From an uncultured Candidatus Saccharibacteria bacterium (GTDB lineage: Bacteria > Patescibacteriota > Saccharimonadia > Saccharimonadales > EFPC-124), in the NCBI GenBank assembly GCA_964586395.1, contig CAZPGP010000002.1, forward strand, positions 26,556 through 64,040: 37,485 bases of DNA, written 5' to 3'. Shown one piece after another: positions 9,123 to 18,919 of the stretch (position 1 is the stretch's first letter; each line of letters opens with the position of its first letter). The notes below the pieces were generated by a model. It did no database searches. It was given only the letters and a program-made list of their open reading frames with translations, and was not told the origin of the DNA. The translations under genes were made by a program, and so were the position numbers.

Positions 9123-9545
9123 ATGGCTGGTTCACTGGCAGCGCTTCTCATCTCCGTACTCCTGGCGCTCTTCGGCGGCTCGGAGAAGGAGGGCAAGAAG
9201 CGCAGCATGGGTCTGGCGGTCATCGCGTCGGCGATCGGCGCCATCTCGCTCCTGATCGCCTTCCCGGAGATCCTGACGATCGGCGGTGAACCCGTCGTCA
9301 TCTGGATCCCGGTGGTCGTCGGGCTGATCGGTGTCATCATCTGCCTGGTGGCCAAGGGCGCCAAGAACCTCACCGGGCTGATCCTGCTGGTGGGCGTCAC
9401 GATGGTCGCCTGGGCGCTGTTCCGCTGGCTGCCGACGGGACCCGCAGCCTTTCAGTTCCTCGGTGAACACATGGGTCTGGCCGGCAAGGAAGCCGGAACG
9501 GGCTTCAGCGGCTGGTGGGACATCCTGTTCGGCAGCAAGAAGTGA
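9123..9545 (+). CDS. 4-TM membrane protein, high-GC orphan class
   Basis: AAGGA SD, near-total G/C at third positions, four hydrophobic helices, TATAAT at ~9065-9070 followed by a 5' hairpin. Confidence 0.8.
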   Translation: MAGSLAALLISVLLALFGGSEKEGKKRSMGLAVIASAIGAISLLIAFPEILTIGGEPVVIWIPVVVGLIGVIICLVAKGAKNLTGLILLVGVTMVAWALFRWLPTGPAAFQFLGEHMGLAGKEAGTGFSGWWDILFGSKK

Positions 9546-9546
9546 G

Positions 9547-9612
9547 TGCCGGGCTGCGCTGCGTCCTCAGGGACCTGCGCAGCCCGCCTCACGGCAACAC
9601 TTTTGAAATTAT
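9547..9612 (+). terminator. bulged GC hairpin followed by TGAAATTAT
   Basis: GGGCTGCGC..GTCC-TCAG-GGAC..GCGCAGCCC at 9551-9585. Motif at 9604-9612. Confidence 0.65.
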
Positions 9613-9613
9613 C

Positions 9614-11506
9614 TTAGACTAATGCAGCCTTGATACGGCGCACGCCAGATGAGCTGGCTTCTTCCTTCAGAATCTTGAATCGCTTGCCGTCTTCGGCGAG
9701 CTGAAGGGTGTGGTCAACGTGTGGACCACCGCAGATCTCGAAGCTGAATGGTTTTTCGGCGTCATCGGCGATCATCTTGTAGACTTTCACGCGGTCGCCA
9801 TAACGGTCGCCAAACTGACCCAGCGCGCCCTTTTCGTCGATAGCAACTTTGGTTGGGTATTCCTCAAAGCTAACTTTGAGGTCTTTCTGAATCTGGTCAT
9901 TGACGATTTCTTCAACCTGCTTGATCTGTTCTGGTGTTACCTTTTCTGGGTGACTGAAGTCAAAGCGCAGGCGTTCCTCGGTGATGTTGCTGCCACGCTG
10001 GACAACGTGTCCGCCCAGGACGTCGCGGAGGGCTTGGTACATCAGGTGAGTTGCGGTGTGATACTTCTTGTGTTGGAGGGTTTGGCCACCGAGGCCGCCC
10101 TTGAAGGTGCCTTTAGCGGCAGTTTGCGAACGCGCGCGCTGTTCGGCCATCTTGGCGTCGAACTCTTCGCGCCAGGTCTCGCTGACCTTAATGCCCTGCA
10201 AAGCAGCTTCTTCGACGCTGAGCTCAACTGGGAAGCCGTAGGTGTCATAAAGCGTGAAGACATTCTCGCCGTTCAGCTCGCTACCCTCACCCATTTTGCG
10301 GAGCTCGTTCACGCCTTTGCGGAGTGTCTGACGAAAGACTTTCTCTTCGCGCGTCAGGACCTCAATAACTTCATCACGGCGAGTGGCGAATTCAGGATAG
10401 TCCGCCTCGTACAGGCTGACAACAACAGGAACAACCTCTTGCAGGAAGTTCTGCTCGATGCCCAGCTCAAACGCAAAGCGAATCGCACGGCGCAGCAAGC
10501 GACGCATGACGTAACCCTGCTCTTTGTTGCTTGGTTTAATGCCGTCAACGGCCAGGAAAGTCGCGCCGCGGAGGTGGTCAGTAATGACGCGCATAGCGTT
10601 GGTGTGGCTCTCGTACTTCTTGCCGCTGAGCTCTTGGAGCTTCTCGACAATTGGCCACAGCAGGCTAATGCGATAGACGTCAGGGCTGTCGATAGCTGCA
10701 GCAGCGATGCGCTCTAGGCCAGAGCCGTGGTCGATGTTCGGCGCAGCGAGGGCTTCAAACTTTCCGTCGCCGACTTTCTTATAGCCCATGAAGACGTTGT
10801 TGCCGATCTCAAAGAACCTGGCTGAGTCGCTGGCTGGGTGTGGCTTGCCGTACTTTTCTTCGTCGTGGAATTCCTCGCCGAAGTCAAAGAACATCTCTGA
10901 GTCGGGACCACATGGGTCGCCCACGAGAGTGCCTTCCTCGTTGCCGTTGCGGCTCCACCAGTTTTCTTTGCCATCGTACAGGAAGATGCGGCCGCCCTGC
11001 ATGCCGAGTTTGTCGCCATTTTCTGCCGAGCCAAGCTCGACGACAGGGGCTTCAACGCCTCGCTTGCTGAATTCAGCCTGCCAGAGTTCAATGGCGTCGT
11101 TGTCGCGAGGTATATTGTACTTTTCGTTACCAATGTAGCAGCTGACGTAAACACGATTTGGATCGAGGCCTACGACGTCGAAGAGGAATTCCGCAATCCA
11201 GCTAATCTGTTCACTCTTAAAGTAATCGCCCAAGCTCCAGTTACCAAGCATCTCGAATGTTGTGGTGTGCTTGTCATCACCGATGTCGTCGATATCCTGC
11301 GCGCGCAGACACATCTGACTGTTAGCGATGCGCTTGCCGTCTTGATGTTCCTCACCCAAAAGGTATGGGATCATCGGCTGCATGCCCGAGCCAGTAAAGA
11401 GGGTCGTGGGGTCGCCCTGAGGAACCATTGGGGCGCTCGGAACGACAACGTGATTGCGTTCTTTGTAAAAGTCTAGGTATGCTTTGCGAATTTCTTGGGC
11501 GTTCAT
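9614..11506 (-). CDS. alaS: alanine--tRNA ligase, short form (630 aa, no C-Ala domain)
   Basis: DPTTLFTGSGMQP, HTTTFEMLGNWSLGDYFK, GSGLERI, GYVMRRLLRRA, editing HTATHL and EICGGPHV, ends GVRRIKA. Start ATG 11506. Confidence 0.96.
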   Translation of the reverse strand: MNAQEIRKAYLDFYKERNHVVVPSAPMVPQGDPTTLFTGSGMQPMIPYLLGEEHQDGKRIANSQMCLRAQDIDDIGDDKHTTTFEMLGNWSLGDYFKSEQISWIAEFLFDVVGLDPNRVYVSCYIGNEKYNIPRDNDAIELWQAEFSKRGVEAPVVELGSAENGDKLGMQGGRIFLYDGKENWWSRNGNEEGTLVGDPCGPDSEMFFDFGEEFHDEEKYGKPHPASDSARFFEIGNNVFMGYKKVGDGKFEALAAPNIDHGSGLERIAAAAIDSPDVYRISLLWPIVEKLQELSGKKYESHTNAMRVITDHLRGATFLAVDGIKPSNKEQGYVMRRLLRRAIRFAFELGIEQNFLQEVVPVVVSLYEADYPEFATRRDEVIEVLTREEKVFRQTLRKGVNELRKMGEGSELNGENVFTLYDTYGFPVELSVEEAALQGIKVSETWREEFDAKMAEQRARSQTAAKGTFKGGLGGQTLQHKKYHTATHLMYQALRDVLGGHVVQRGSNITEERLRFDFSHPEKVTPEQIKQVEEIVNDQIQKDLKVSFEEYPTKVAIDEKGALGQFGDRYGDRVKVYKMIADDAEKPFSFEICGGPHVDHTLQLAEDGKRFKILKEEASSSGVRRIKAALV

Positions 11507-11535
11507 ATCTGTAATAGTATAGCAAACAGAGGTAG

Positions 11536-11598
11536 ATAATTTCAATTTGTTGCGCGGTGAACGCCGGCGGGCCGAGAAGGCCCAGGCCGGCGTTCACC
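11536..11598 (-). terminator. bulged GC hairpin followed by TGAAATTAT
   Basis: GGTGAACGCCGGC..GGGCC-loop-GGCCC.GCCGGCGTTCACC at ~11556-11598. Motif on minus strand at 11544-11536. Confidence 0.65.
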
Positions 11599-11616
11599 AT
11601 CACACACCTGCGGCGA

Positions 11617-12369
11617 CTAGCAGCTTCCCGAGCTGCCGCCATCGCCACCGCCGGAGCTGCCGCCGCCATCGCCGCTGTTGAAGAACATGAAGCTGCCGCC
11701 AGAGCTGGAGCTTCTGCCTCCGTAGCCGCCACGACCACGGCCACGACGACCTCCGCCTCCGGAGAATGCGGCGGCCACGAGGATGACAGCAACGATGGCA
11801 ACGATGATGACGAGCGACCAGACCCAGGCCGGCACGCTTTCGCTCTCGGTGGCCGGGTTCTGGTTGCCCTTGATGACCTCGGACGAGTTGTGCAGCCCGG
11901 TCACGATGGCTTCTGCGTAGTGCCCCTTCTGGTACGGGTCACGCATGGAACCGCGGATCGAATCGACCTCGGACTCCATCGTGCTGGCGAAGTTCTTGCC
12001 GTAGAAGATGGCGTCGTGATGTTCGAGCGTGACGAGCACGACGACGAGGTTCGGCTTGATGTGGCCGTCCCCGCCCCAGCTCGGGCAGGTCTTGATCTGC
12101 GTGGCCTCGTAGGCATCCAGACTCCCGCCTGGCGGGTCGTCGAACATGCGAACCCGCACATCCACGCCCTGGGAGTCCAGCTCCTTGACGGCCGGGTCGA
12201 TCGTGGTGTCGCCCTTCAGAACCTGCCCGGCTGTGAGGTCCAGGACCTGCTGGTTGCAGTCCACGACCGACGTCTCGGGGTCCGCAAAGGCAGACGGGGT
12301 CGTCAGGCCGAGGCCGACAACGACGAAGGACATCGCGACAAGCGAACGTCTTAACATTCGGAATGGCAC
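11617..12369 (-). CDS. TPM-domain membrane protein with Gly-rich tail, high-GC orphan class
   Basis: Signal peptide (..PSAFA-DP), TPM-like core (NLVVVLVTLEHHDAIFYG..YAEAIVTGL), C-terminal TM, GGGSSGGGDGG tail, GAAGGGG SD. Confidence 0.75.
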   Translation of the reverse strand: MPFRMLRRSLVAMSFVVVGLGLTTPSAFADPETSVVDCNQQVLDLTAGQVLKGDTTIDPAVKELDSQGVDVRVRMFDDPPGGSLDAYEATQIKTCPSWGGDGHIKPNLVVVLVTLEHHDAIFYGKNFASTMESEVDSIRGSMRDPYQKGHYAEAIVTGLHNSSEVIKGNQNPATESESVPAWVWSLVIIVAIVAVILVAAAFSGGGGRRGRGRGGYGGRSSSSGGSFMFFNSGDGGGSSGGGDGGSSGSC

Positions 12370-12452
12370 GTGCCACCCCTTCCTAGTCGATGTGTGCGCC
12401 CTAAGAGGGCGTAATATACTTTACAATATTTGCACCCAAGGAACAACCTATA

Positions 12453-12485
12453 GCAAAAACCACCAACTGATTGCTGGTGGTTTGC
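12453..12485 (-). terminator. intrinsic terminator
   Basis: Minus strand AAACCACCAG-loop-TTGGTGGTTTTTG. Confidence 0.6.
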
Positions 12486-12530
12486 TGCTAAGCAAACAAA
12501 AAACCGACGTGCGCCGGCCTTAGGAAATGC

Positions 12531-12764
12531 TTACCACTTAGCTCCGTCTTCTTTGTCGCTCTCGTCTGGGGCTGGAGCCTCAGGAGCGTCGCCTGCTGGT
12601 GCCTCTGGGACTTCAGGGGTCTCAGGAGCTTCAGGCATCTCGTCGCCACCGTCGGTTGCTGGTGGTACTACTGGAGCCTGGTCTTCACCGGTACCAGTGG
12701 TTGGCGCCTGTGGCATAGCGTTCTGCTCAGGCTCTTGTGTTGGGTTTTGTGAGTCTTGGTCCAT
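12531..12764 (-). CDS. small acidic Pro/Glu-rich disordered protein
   Basis: GGAGG SD, 77 aa with PEAPETPEVPEAP repeats. Confidence 0.6.
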   Translation of the reverse strand: MDQDSQNPTQEPEQNAMPQAPTTGTGEDQAPVVPPATDGGDEMPEAPETPEVPEAPAGDAPEAPAPDESDKEDGAKW

Positions 12765-12818
12765 AGACCCTCCATACTGTTAATGCTTGTGGCTATCATT
12801 ATATGGGGGGTGAGCCTA

Positions 12819-13874
12819 TTAGACAACAATTCCGCCACCGACTACTCGGTCACCGTCATACAGCACGGCCGACTGACCAGCGGTCAGGGCTCGCTCTGGC
12901 TCGCTGAGTTTGAGGGAAATTTCGTTGCCAGACAGCTGCTCGATATGCGCGGGAATGAGCGCCGCGCGGTAACGGGTACGCGCCTGAACCGTCGCACCTT
13001 CGCTCGAAGGTTCGTTGATCCAATGCACATTCGTCAGGTTCAGTTCTTGCTTCCAGAGATTTTCGTCGTTGAGGTCGGTCGTAACATACACGACATTCTG
13101 GCTCATATCTTTGCCAACGACGTAATACGGCAGGCCGCCGCCAACGTGCAGGCCGTGGCGCTGACCGATAGTGTAATAGATGGCGCCATCGTGTTGGCCA
13201 ATAACTTTACCGGTCTTCTTGTCGACAATGTCACCCGCCTCAGCTTCGACGTAGTTCTGCAGAAATTCCTTGATGCCGATCTTACCAACAAAGCAAATAC
13301 CCTGCGAATCCTTCTTCTCCGCAGTTACGAGGCCAAGCTTGCGAGCTTCCTCGCGGACCTCAGGCTTGGTGAGTTCGCCGACAGGCAGCAATGTCTTGCG
13401 CAGCGCCGCCTCTGTTACGCGGTACAGAAAGTACGACTGGTCTTTGTTCTTATCGAGTCCAGCCAACAGTTTGCCGTCCTGAACGCGCGCGTAGTGTCCG
13501 GTCGCGATCATGTCAGCGCCATCAGCCAGCGCAGATTTCAGGAACAGATCGAATTTGATCTCCTGGTTACACATAATGTCAGGATTCGGTGTGCGGCCTG
13601 CCTGATATTCGGCAATCATGTAGTCCACGACTTGCTGCTTGTATTCCTTCTGGAAGTCAAAAACCTTGAACGGAATATCGAGCTGCACCGCCACACGCTT
13701 GGCATCGGCCAGGTCGTCAGCCCACGGGCACACAAATCCCGGCAAGTCGGTCGTCCAGTTCTTCATGTAGACGCCCGTAACTTTGTAGCCTTGCTTCTTA
13801 AGTAGCGCAGCAGTGACGGAGCTATCAACTCCGCCGCTCATGCCGACGTAGACGTGGGTGTTTGATTTATCCAT
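12819..13874 (-). CDS. mnmA: tRNA-specific 2-thiouridylase MnmA
   Basis: MSGGVDSSV, TPNPDIMCN, ATGHYAR, KDQSYFL, DSQGICF, TIGQRHGL, GQSAVLY. Confidence 0.97.
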   Translation of the reverse strand: MDKSNTHVYVGMSGGVDSSVTAALLKKQGYKVTGVYMKNWTTDLPGFVCPWADDLADAKRVAVQLDIPFKVFDFQKEYKQQVVDYMIAEYQAGRTPNPDIMCNQEIKFDLFLKSALADGADMIATGHYARVQDGKLLAGLDKNKDQSYFLYRVTEAALRKTLLPVGELTKPEVREEARKLGLVTAEKKDSQGICFVGKIGIKEFLQNYVEAEAGDIVDKKTGKVIGQHDGAIYYTIGQRHGLHVGGGLPYYVVGKDMSQNVVYVTTDLNDENLWKQELNLTNVHWINEPSSEGATVQARTRYRAALIPAHIEQLSGNEISLKLSEPERALTAGQSAVLYDGDRVVGGGIVV

Positions 13875-14496
13875 GAGTAAAGTTCACTACTATTAATTTC
13901 ACAAGTTCGCTGACGCCGAGCCACAGCCCGATTGGCGTCGTCCACCAACGTTGGTTATCCCAGAATCGGTCGGTTGTCGTCGGATGATTCACGATGGTTG
14001 CAATGTCGCCCACGCGGCGGTTGAACTCGATGCTCGCGCGACGCTGGTGGTACGGCGAGGTGACCAGGATTAGCCGGTTGATATCGTGCTGCAAGACGAT
14101 CGATCGCACCTGAGACGCATTATCCGCAGTATTGACGGAGGCTTCGTCCAGCAAGATTGCACTCTCGGGGACGCGTTCGCCCAGCGCTTGGGCTGCCATT
14201 GCGGCGGCGTTACTCAGTCCCTGCTTATCCTGGGCGGCTCCAGAGAAAATAATAACCGGCGCCCAACCTTGCTTGTACAGTTCGATTGCTTCGCGAGCGC
14301 GCGCATCAGTGTCGCCGCCGCTGATAGCGACAATGGCGTCGGCGCTTCCGCACTGGCTGTTCATCTGCTGCGGACCGTCACAACCCGCAATATCGTCGAC
14401 GCTCAAGATCTGCGGCGTGAGCATCACAAAAGCCAACGCCAGCAGCAAAGGCGTCAGCAGTACAAGTCCAAGTTTGATGAAAAATCCTACCATCAC
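13867..14496 (-). CDS. YdcF/DUF218 (SanA/ElyC-like) membrane protein
   Basis: N-terminal TM, DAIVAISGG, IIFSGA, SVNTADNA, LVTSPYHQRRA. Confidence 0.85.
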   Translation of the reverse strand: MMVGFFIKLGLVLLTPLLLALAFVMLTPQILSVDDIAGCDGPQQMNSQCGSADAIVAISGGDTDARAREAIELYKQGWAPVIIFSGAAQDKQGLSNAAAMAAQALGERVPESAILLDEASVNTADNASQVRSIVLQHDINRLILVTSPYHQRRASIEFNRRVGDIATIVNHPTTTDRFWDNQRWWTTPIGLWLGVSELVKLIVVNFTHG

Positions 14497-14512
14497 TCTC
14501 TAGTATGTCGTA

Positions 14513-15661
14513 TTAACGCAGCCGACGCACGCTTTCAATGATAATTTCAGCGGCTTTCGTCACCTCTTGTGGCGTCGTGGGTTCGCCAACCGTCAGACGC
14601 AGGCTACCGCCCAGAAGGTCATCGCTAAAACCACAGGCCTTAAGCACGTGCGATGCAGTCTGCTTATTGGCAGCACAGGCAGAGCCAGTTGCGGCCATCA
14701 CGCCCTGCTCGTCCAATAGCATCACCAAGCGCTCGCCGTCCACACCCGACCACGAGAGATGGAGGCTATTGGGCAAACGTTTCTTCAGATTACCGTTCAC
14801 GATCGTGTCAGGAAGACCCTCGACGATCCGTCGCTCGAGCTCGTCGCGCAGTGCGGCATATTTGGCGACCGCTTGCTTGCGATCGGTCTGCGCAATGTCC
14901 AGCGCAGCCGCAAAGCCGATAATGCCCGGTACGTTCTCGGTGCCAGATCGCAGACCACCCTCTTGGCCGCCACCGCTAATAGGCGAATCGATACGCGTGC
15001 CGGCCTTCACATACAGTAGACCAGACTGCTTGGGGCCGTAGATCTTGGCGCCATTGAGCGTCACGAGGTCAAAGCCGAGGCGCGAAGCATGCAAATCCAG
15101 GTAGCCCGCCGCTTGACTCGCGTCGGTATGGAAGTAAATTGGTAGGTCAATCCCCAACTTCTGGCGGGCAGCGCGGACCTTTTGCAGTAACTGCGAGATC
15201 TGACCCACCGGCTGGATGGTGCCGACCTCATTGTTAGCGTAACTGACACTAACCAATACCGTGTTGTCATCGATGAGACTTTCGAAAGCCCCCAAGTCGA
15301 TCGTCCCGTTTGGCAAAACCGGGGCGACTTTGTGATTGTAACGGCCGGCCGTAACTAAAACAGAGTCGTGCTCGGTAGCCAGCACGACGATATTTGCCTC
15401 CGGAAAAACGTTCATCACGCCATGAATTGCGATGTTCGTCGCCTCTGTTGCGCCAGCCGTAAAGACGACCTCGCTCGGGCGAGCGCCGAGCCAATACGCG
15501 ACTCGCGCACGAGCTTCGTTCAGATCCTGACGGACCTGGCGTCCGGCCATGTACGGACTAGAGGGATTAAAGAAATCCTCCTCGAGGTACGGCTGCATAG
15601 CTAGTTGTACACGCGGATCACACGGCGTTGCGGCCGCGTAGTCCAGATAAATACTGTTCAC
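14513..15661 (-). CDS. iscS: cysteine desulfurase (IscS/NifS family)
   Basis: YLDYAAATP, NPSS, NNEVGTIQP, HTDASQA, KIYGPK, RSGTEN, TGSAC. Confidence 0.92.
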   Translation of the reverse strand: MNSIYLDYAAATPCDPRVQLAMQPYLEEDFFNPSSPYMAGRQVRQDLNEARARVAYWLGARPSEVVFTAGATEATNIAIHGVMNVFPEANIVVLATEHDSVLVTAGRYNHKVAPVLPNGTIDLGAFESLIDDNTVLVSVSYANNEVGTIQPVGQISQLLQKVRAARQKLGIDLPIYFHTDASQAAGYLDLHASRLGFDLVTLNGAKIYGPKQSGLLYVKAGTRIDSPISGGGQEGGLRSGTENVPGIIGFAAALDIAQTDRKQAVAKYAALRDELERRIVEGLPDTIVNGNLKKRLPNSLHLSWSGVDGERLVMLLDEQGVMAATGSACAANKQTASHVLKACGFSDDLLGGSLRLTVGEPTTPQEVTKAAEIIIESVRRLR

Positions 15662-15664
15662 AAC

Positions 15665-16099
15665 CTATATTGTACCAGTAGCGGTGAGTTTTTGGCCGGT
15701 GACAGGGTCGCGTTGGTAGATGCCCTTCATGACCTGTTCGCGGTACATGCGTGTAGCGATTGCCAGGTTGCGAAGTTCGTCACCTTCAACCAAGGCGTAT
15801 GGTTCGCCATCTTGAACTTTCAGGACGCCGTGTGGGTGTACTTCGTATCGAGTTGTCATTTCGCGGCGAGCGCCGGTGACTTCATCGATCCATTCTTCGT
15901 ACCAAACCCAAGTGTGCTCGTCGAGACAGAAGAATTCGCGGCGATGGTTAGCCGGCACAGGACCGAATACGGTTGAGCCGATTTTTGATTCCATGCGGAT
16001 AAGATCACGTCGAGTGAGTTTGCGGAGGCGTGGCACAGAAACCTTAGTCGATGGCTCGACTCCGGTAACTAGCTTGAGGGTTTTACTCCAGAGGGTCAT
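15665..16099 (-). CDS. hypothetical protein
   Basis: 144-aa ORF filling the gap, native codon usage, aromatic-rich core (REFFCLDEHTWVWYEEW). Confidence 0.75.
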   Translation of the reverse strand: MTLWSKTLKLVTGVEPSTKVSVPRLRKLTRRDLIRMESKIGSTVFGPVPANHRREFFCLDEHTWVWYEEWIDEVTGARREMTTRYEVHPHGVLKVQDGEPYALVEGDELRNLAIATRMYREQVMKGIYQRDPVTGQKLTATGTI

Positions 16100-16113
16100 A
16101 TGCTGTTCCCGAC

Positions 16114-16437
16114 CTAGTTAAGGCCGTTCCTCTCTGCGTATGCACGAGTTGCCTCGATAGTTTGAGCGTTCCAGCCGATAGCCTGGGCGAGTTCTGCGTC
16201 TTGAGCGCCGTGCTCAATAGTGCGAGATGCGGCTTCGTTGCGGGTGTTCTCGGTTTCGCGGTAAGCGTCCTCGAGGGCTTGGTTGACCTCGGGGCTGTCG
16301 GCGCCTACGGGGCGAATCGCCTGAGCGGCAACTTCGAACTCTCGAGCGTGACGATCAGTAGGATCGACAAATACAAATCGCTCCTGGCTAGCGCCTTGAG
16401 GGGTGTGGTCGGGTCGGAATGTAGTAGTTTCTGTCAT
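16114..16437 (-). CDS. hypothetical protein
   Basis: ORF in the gene row, ATG 16437 with GAGAGG SD. Confidence 0.65.
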   Translation of the reverse strand: MTETTTFRPDHTPQGASQERFVFVDPTDRHAREFEVAAQAIRPVGADSPEVNQALEDAYRETENTRNEAASRTIEHGAQDAELAQAIGWNAQTIEATRAYAERNGLN

Positions 16438-16493
16438 GAGAAAACCTCTCACCTTGCTTACGTGATGTGCATTTTCTTTTTGAGGTGTTGGTT

Positions 16494-17261
16494 TTAGATA
16501 GAAAAGAGTTGTCGCGCGTTGGTCGTGGTGTGTTGTGCAAGCTCAGATGTGGGCATCTGGCGCAGACCGCTGATAAACGTAGCGATCTGGAGCACATGCG
16601 CAGGCTCGTTCACTTTACCACGGAGAGGCACAGGTGTCAAGAACGGTGAATCCGTTTCTAACAGTAGTTTATCGAGTGGAATTGTGCGGGCCACCTCGAG
16701 TTGCCAATCGTTACGAGTGAACGTCATGATGCCATTGACACCAATGTAAAGTCCTCGTTCGATTGCTTTAGAAAGATTAGTACTATCATCTGTATAGCTA
16801 TGCAGCTCACCTCTGATGCCGTCGTAACTGTCAAAGATAGGCCAGAAGTCGTCAAACGCCTCGCGAACATGAAACACCAACGGCAGATTGTATTCGAGGG
16901 CCAGTTCGGTCTGGTATCGCAGCGCCTTCTCTTGATCTTCCTTGGTCGAGTGGCCGTAGAAGTAGTCGAGGCCGCACTCCCCAATGCCAACGATCTTGTT
17001 GGCATTGGCATTCTCGACGAGGCTTCGTATCTGTCGGAGTGGCTCCTCGCCGAACTTCGCCTCGTGCGGATGCTGCCCCACGACCGCCCAGGTATTCGGG
17101 CGGTCAGCGGCAAAGTCGACGGCGCGTTGGCTGTCAGCGGCGTCACAGCCCACAGCGATCAGGTACTCGACGCCTGCCTCGGCGTTATGAACATCAACAT
17201 CCTCGATAGAAATCGGGTAATCAACAGAGTGAATGTGGCAGTGTGTATCAACCAGCTGCAT
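16494..17261 (-). CDS. tatD: TatD family DNase
   Basis: DTHCH, GQHPH, IGECGLDY, HVREA, ETDSPFL. Start ATG 17261 overlaps the metG end. Confidence 0.95.
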   Translation of the reverse strand: MQLVDTHCHIHSVDYPISIEDVDVHNAEAGVEYLIAVGCDAADSQRAVDFAADRPNTWAVVGQHPHEAKFGEEPLRQIRSLVENANANKIVGIGECGLDYFYGHSTKEDQEKALRYQTELALEYNLPLVFHVREAFDDFWPIFDSYDGIRGELHSYTDDSTNLSKAIERGLYIGVNGIMTFTRNDWQLEVARTIPLDKLLLETDSPFLTPVPLRGKVNEPAHVLQIATFISGLRQMPTSELAQHTTTNARQLFSI

Positions 17262-18765
17262 TCGTAGGCGCCTCGGATTGCTGAGGAGCTGGAGCGGCAG
17301 GCTTTGCGGTGCCGGGAGCTGGCGTGTGGTTGTAAATCTTAGGGAACAAAACGCCCTTGTAAGCCGAAACGGTGCCACCTTCGAAGATCTTAGTGATCAT
17401 CTCGCTGGTTGTCGGCAGAAATGGCCAGAGCATACCGGCAATCTGCGTAAGGCTACCGGCTGCGTGTGCCAAGATTTCTTGGAGGTGCTCTTCGTCGCCC
17501 TTCTTGGCGACTTCCCAAGGCTTCACTTCCTCGAGGTAGACGTTCAGCCCACGGACGCGAGTCCAGAGGTGGTCGAGTGCACGGTCAAAGCGCATAGCGT
17601 TCAGCTCTGCGTAGAAAGCCGTCATGTCGTGCTTAGCTCGTGGCAATTCGCCAATGACGCCATTCTGGTAGCGAGTAATCATGCTGGCGACGCGCTGAAC
17701 AAGGTTGCCCAATTCGTTACCAAGCTCATTGTTGTAGGCGGTCTCGAACTTCTCCCAAGTAAAATCACCGTCGTCGATGGTTGGGATGTGGCGCAGGAAG
17801 AAATAGCGGAATGCATCAACGCCATACGCGTCGATAACCTGGATTGGGTCGATAACGTTACCGATGCTCTTGCTCATCTTGGTGCCGCCGGTGAGGACGT
17901 GGCCATGAACCAGCAGCGTCTTTGGGATGGGCAGATCAAGCGCAATCAACATCGCAGGCCAGATGGCAGCGTGGAAGCGCAGGATGTCCTTACCAATAAC
18001 TTGCACGTCGGCTGGCCAAAACTTCTGGAAGTTCTCACCATCTGGGTAGCCCAGAACACTCACGTAGTTCATGAGCGCCTCGAACCACACGTACATGACG
18101 TGGTCGGGGTCGCCGGGGACTTCGATGCCCCAGCTGAGGTGCTTCTTGGGACGAGAGACGCTGATGTCTTCGAGGCCTTTCTCGATCAGCTGGAGAATTT
18201 CATGCTTGCGGAATTCAGGGATGATCTTGAGCTCGCCAGCTTGCAAGGCCTCTTTGATCTGTTCGCCGAACGCGCTGAGCTTGAAGAAGTAGTTCTCTTC
18301 GCTGAGTTTCTGGTACGGACGCTTGTGCGTTGGGCATTCACCGTTCGTTTCGGCGGCTTCGCGGGCGGTCACGAAGGCTTCCTCGCCGGAACAATACCAG
18401 CCCTCGTAAGTTGACTTATAGATGTATTTCTCGGCAAGCTGCTTCCAGATTAGCTGCGCAGCTTTCTCGTGGCGCTCGTCGGTCGTGCGGATGAAGTCAG
18501 TGTAGCTCACGCCGAGTCGCTTAAGGAATTCGTGCCAAGACGGCACTACCGTGTCGGTGTAAGCCTTTGGTTCTTGACCGGCTTCGGCGGCCTTGGCGGC
18601 GATCTTGGTACCATGCTCGTCGGTGCCGACCTCGAAGAAAACCTCGCTGCCCATCTGTCGATGGTAACGGGCCAGGACATCGCTCAACATGTAGTCCATA
18701 GCGTGTCCGATATGTGGTTTATCGTTGACGTATGGTATCGCGGTTGCGACGTAGAATTTCTTCAT
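17248..18765 (-). CDS. metG: methionine--tRNA ligase (short monomeric type)
   Basis: AIPYVNDKPHIGH, GTDEHGTKI, YVWFEAL, GKDILRFH, KMSKS. Confidence 0.97.
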   Translation of the reverse strand: MKKFYVATAIPYVNDKPHIGHAMDYMLSDVLARYHRQMGSEVFFEVGTDEHGTKIAAKAAEAGQEPKAYTDTVVPSWHEFLKRLGVSYTDFIRTTDERHEKAAQLIWKQLAEKYIYKSTYEGWYCSGEEAFVTAREAAETNGECPTHKRPYQKLSEENYFFKLSAFGEQIKEALQAGELKIIPEFRKHEILQLIEKGLEDISVSRPKKHLSWGIEVPGDPDHVMYVWFEALMNYVSVLGYPDGENFQKFWPADVQVIGKDILRFHAAIWPAMLIALDLPIPKTLLVHGHVLTGGTKMSKSIGNVIDPIQVIDAYGVDAFRYFFLRHIPTIDDGDFTWEKFETAYNNELGNELGNLVQRVASMITRYQNGVIGELPRAKHDMTAFYAELNAMRFDRALDHLWTRVRGLNVYLEEVKPWEVAKKGDEEHLQEILAHAAGSLTQIAGMLWPFLPTTSEMITKIFEGGTVSAYKGVLFPKIYNHTPAPGTAKPAAPAPQQSEAPTNAAG

Positions 18766-18919
18766 GTTGCCATTGCTCCTCTGAGCTGGTTAGTTGTAAC
18801 AGATTATATTGTAGCAGATTCTCTCTTGCCCCACTCTATGCCACTCTTAAAAATACTTGTGTTTATGAGTTAAATATGCTATAATAACCCCCGTTGGCAT
18901 CACTGTTGAAGGGACACGG

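Noticed and set aside
8664-9545. VirB3/PrgI and VirB2-like assignment of the two small membrane proteins
   Set aside because: Only size and hydrophobicity match, there is no VirB4 nearby, and the genes appear separately transcribed.
9710-18414. Long + strand ORFs (9710-10717, 11557-12354, 12756-13805, 17233-18414)
   Set aside because: They are antisense shadows of alaS, the TPM gene, mnmA and metG, with no motifs of their own.
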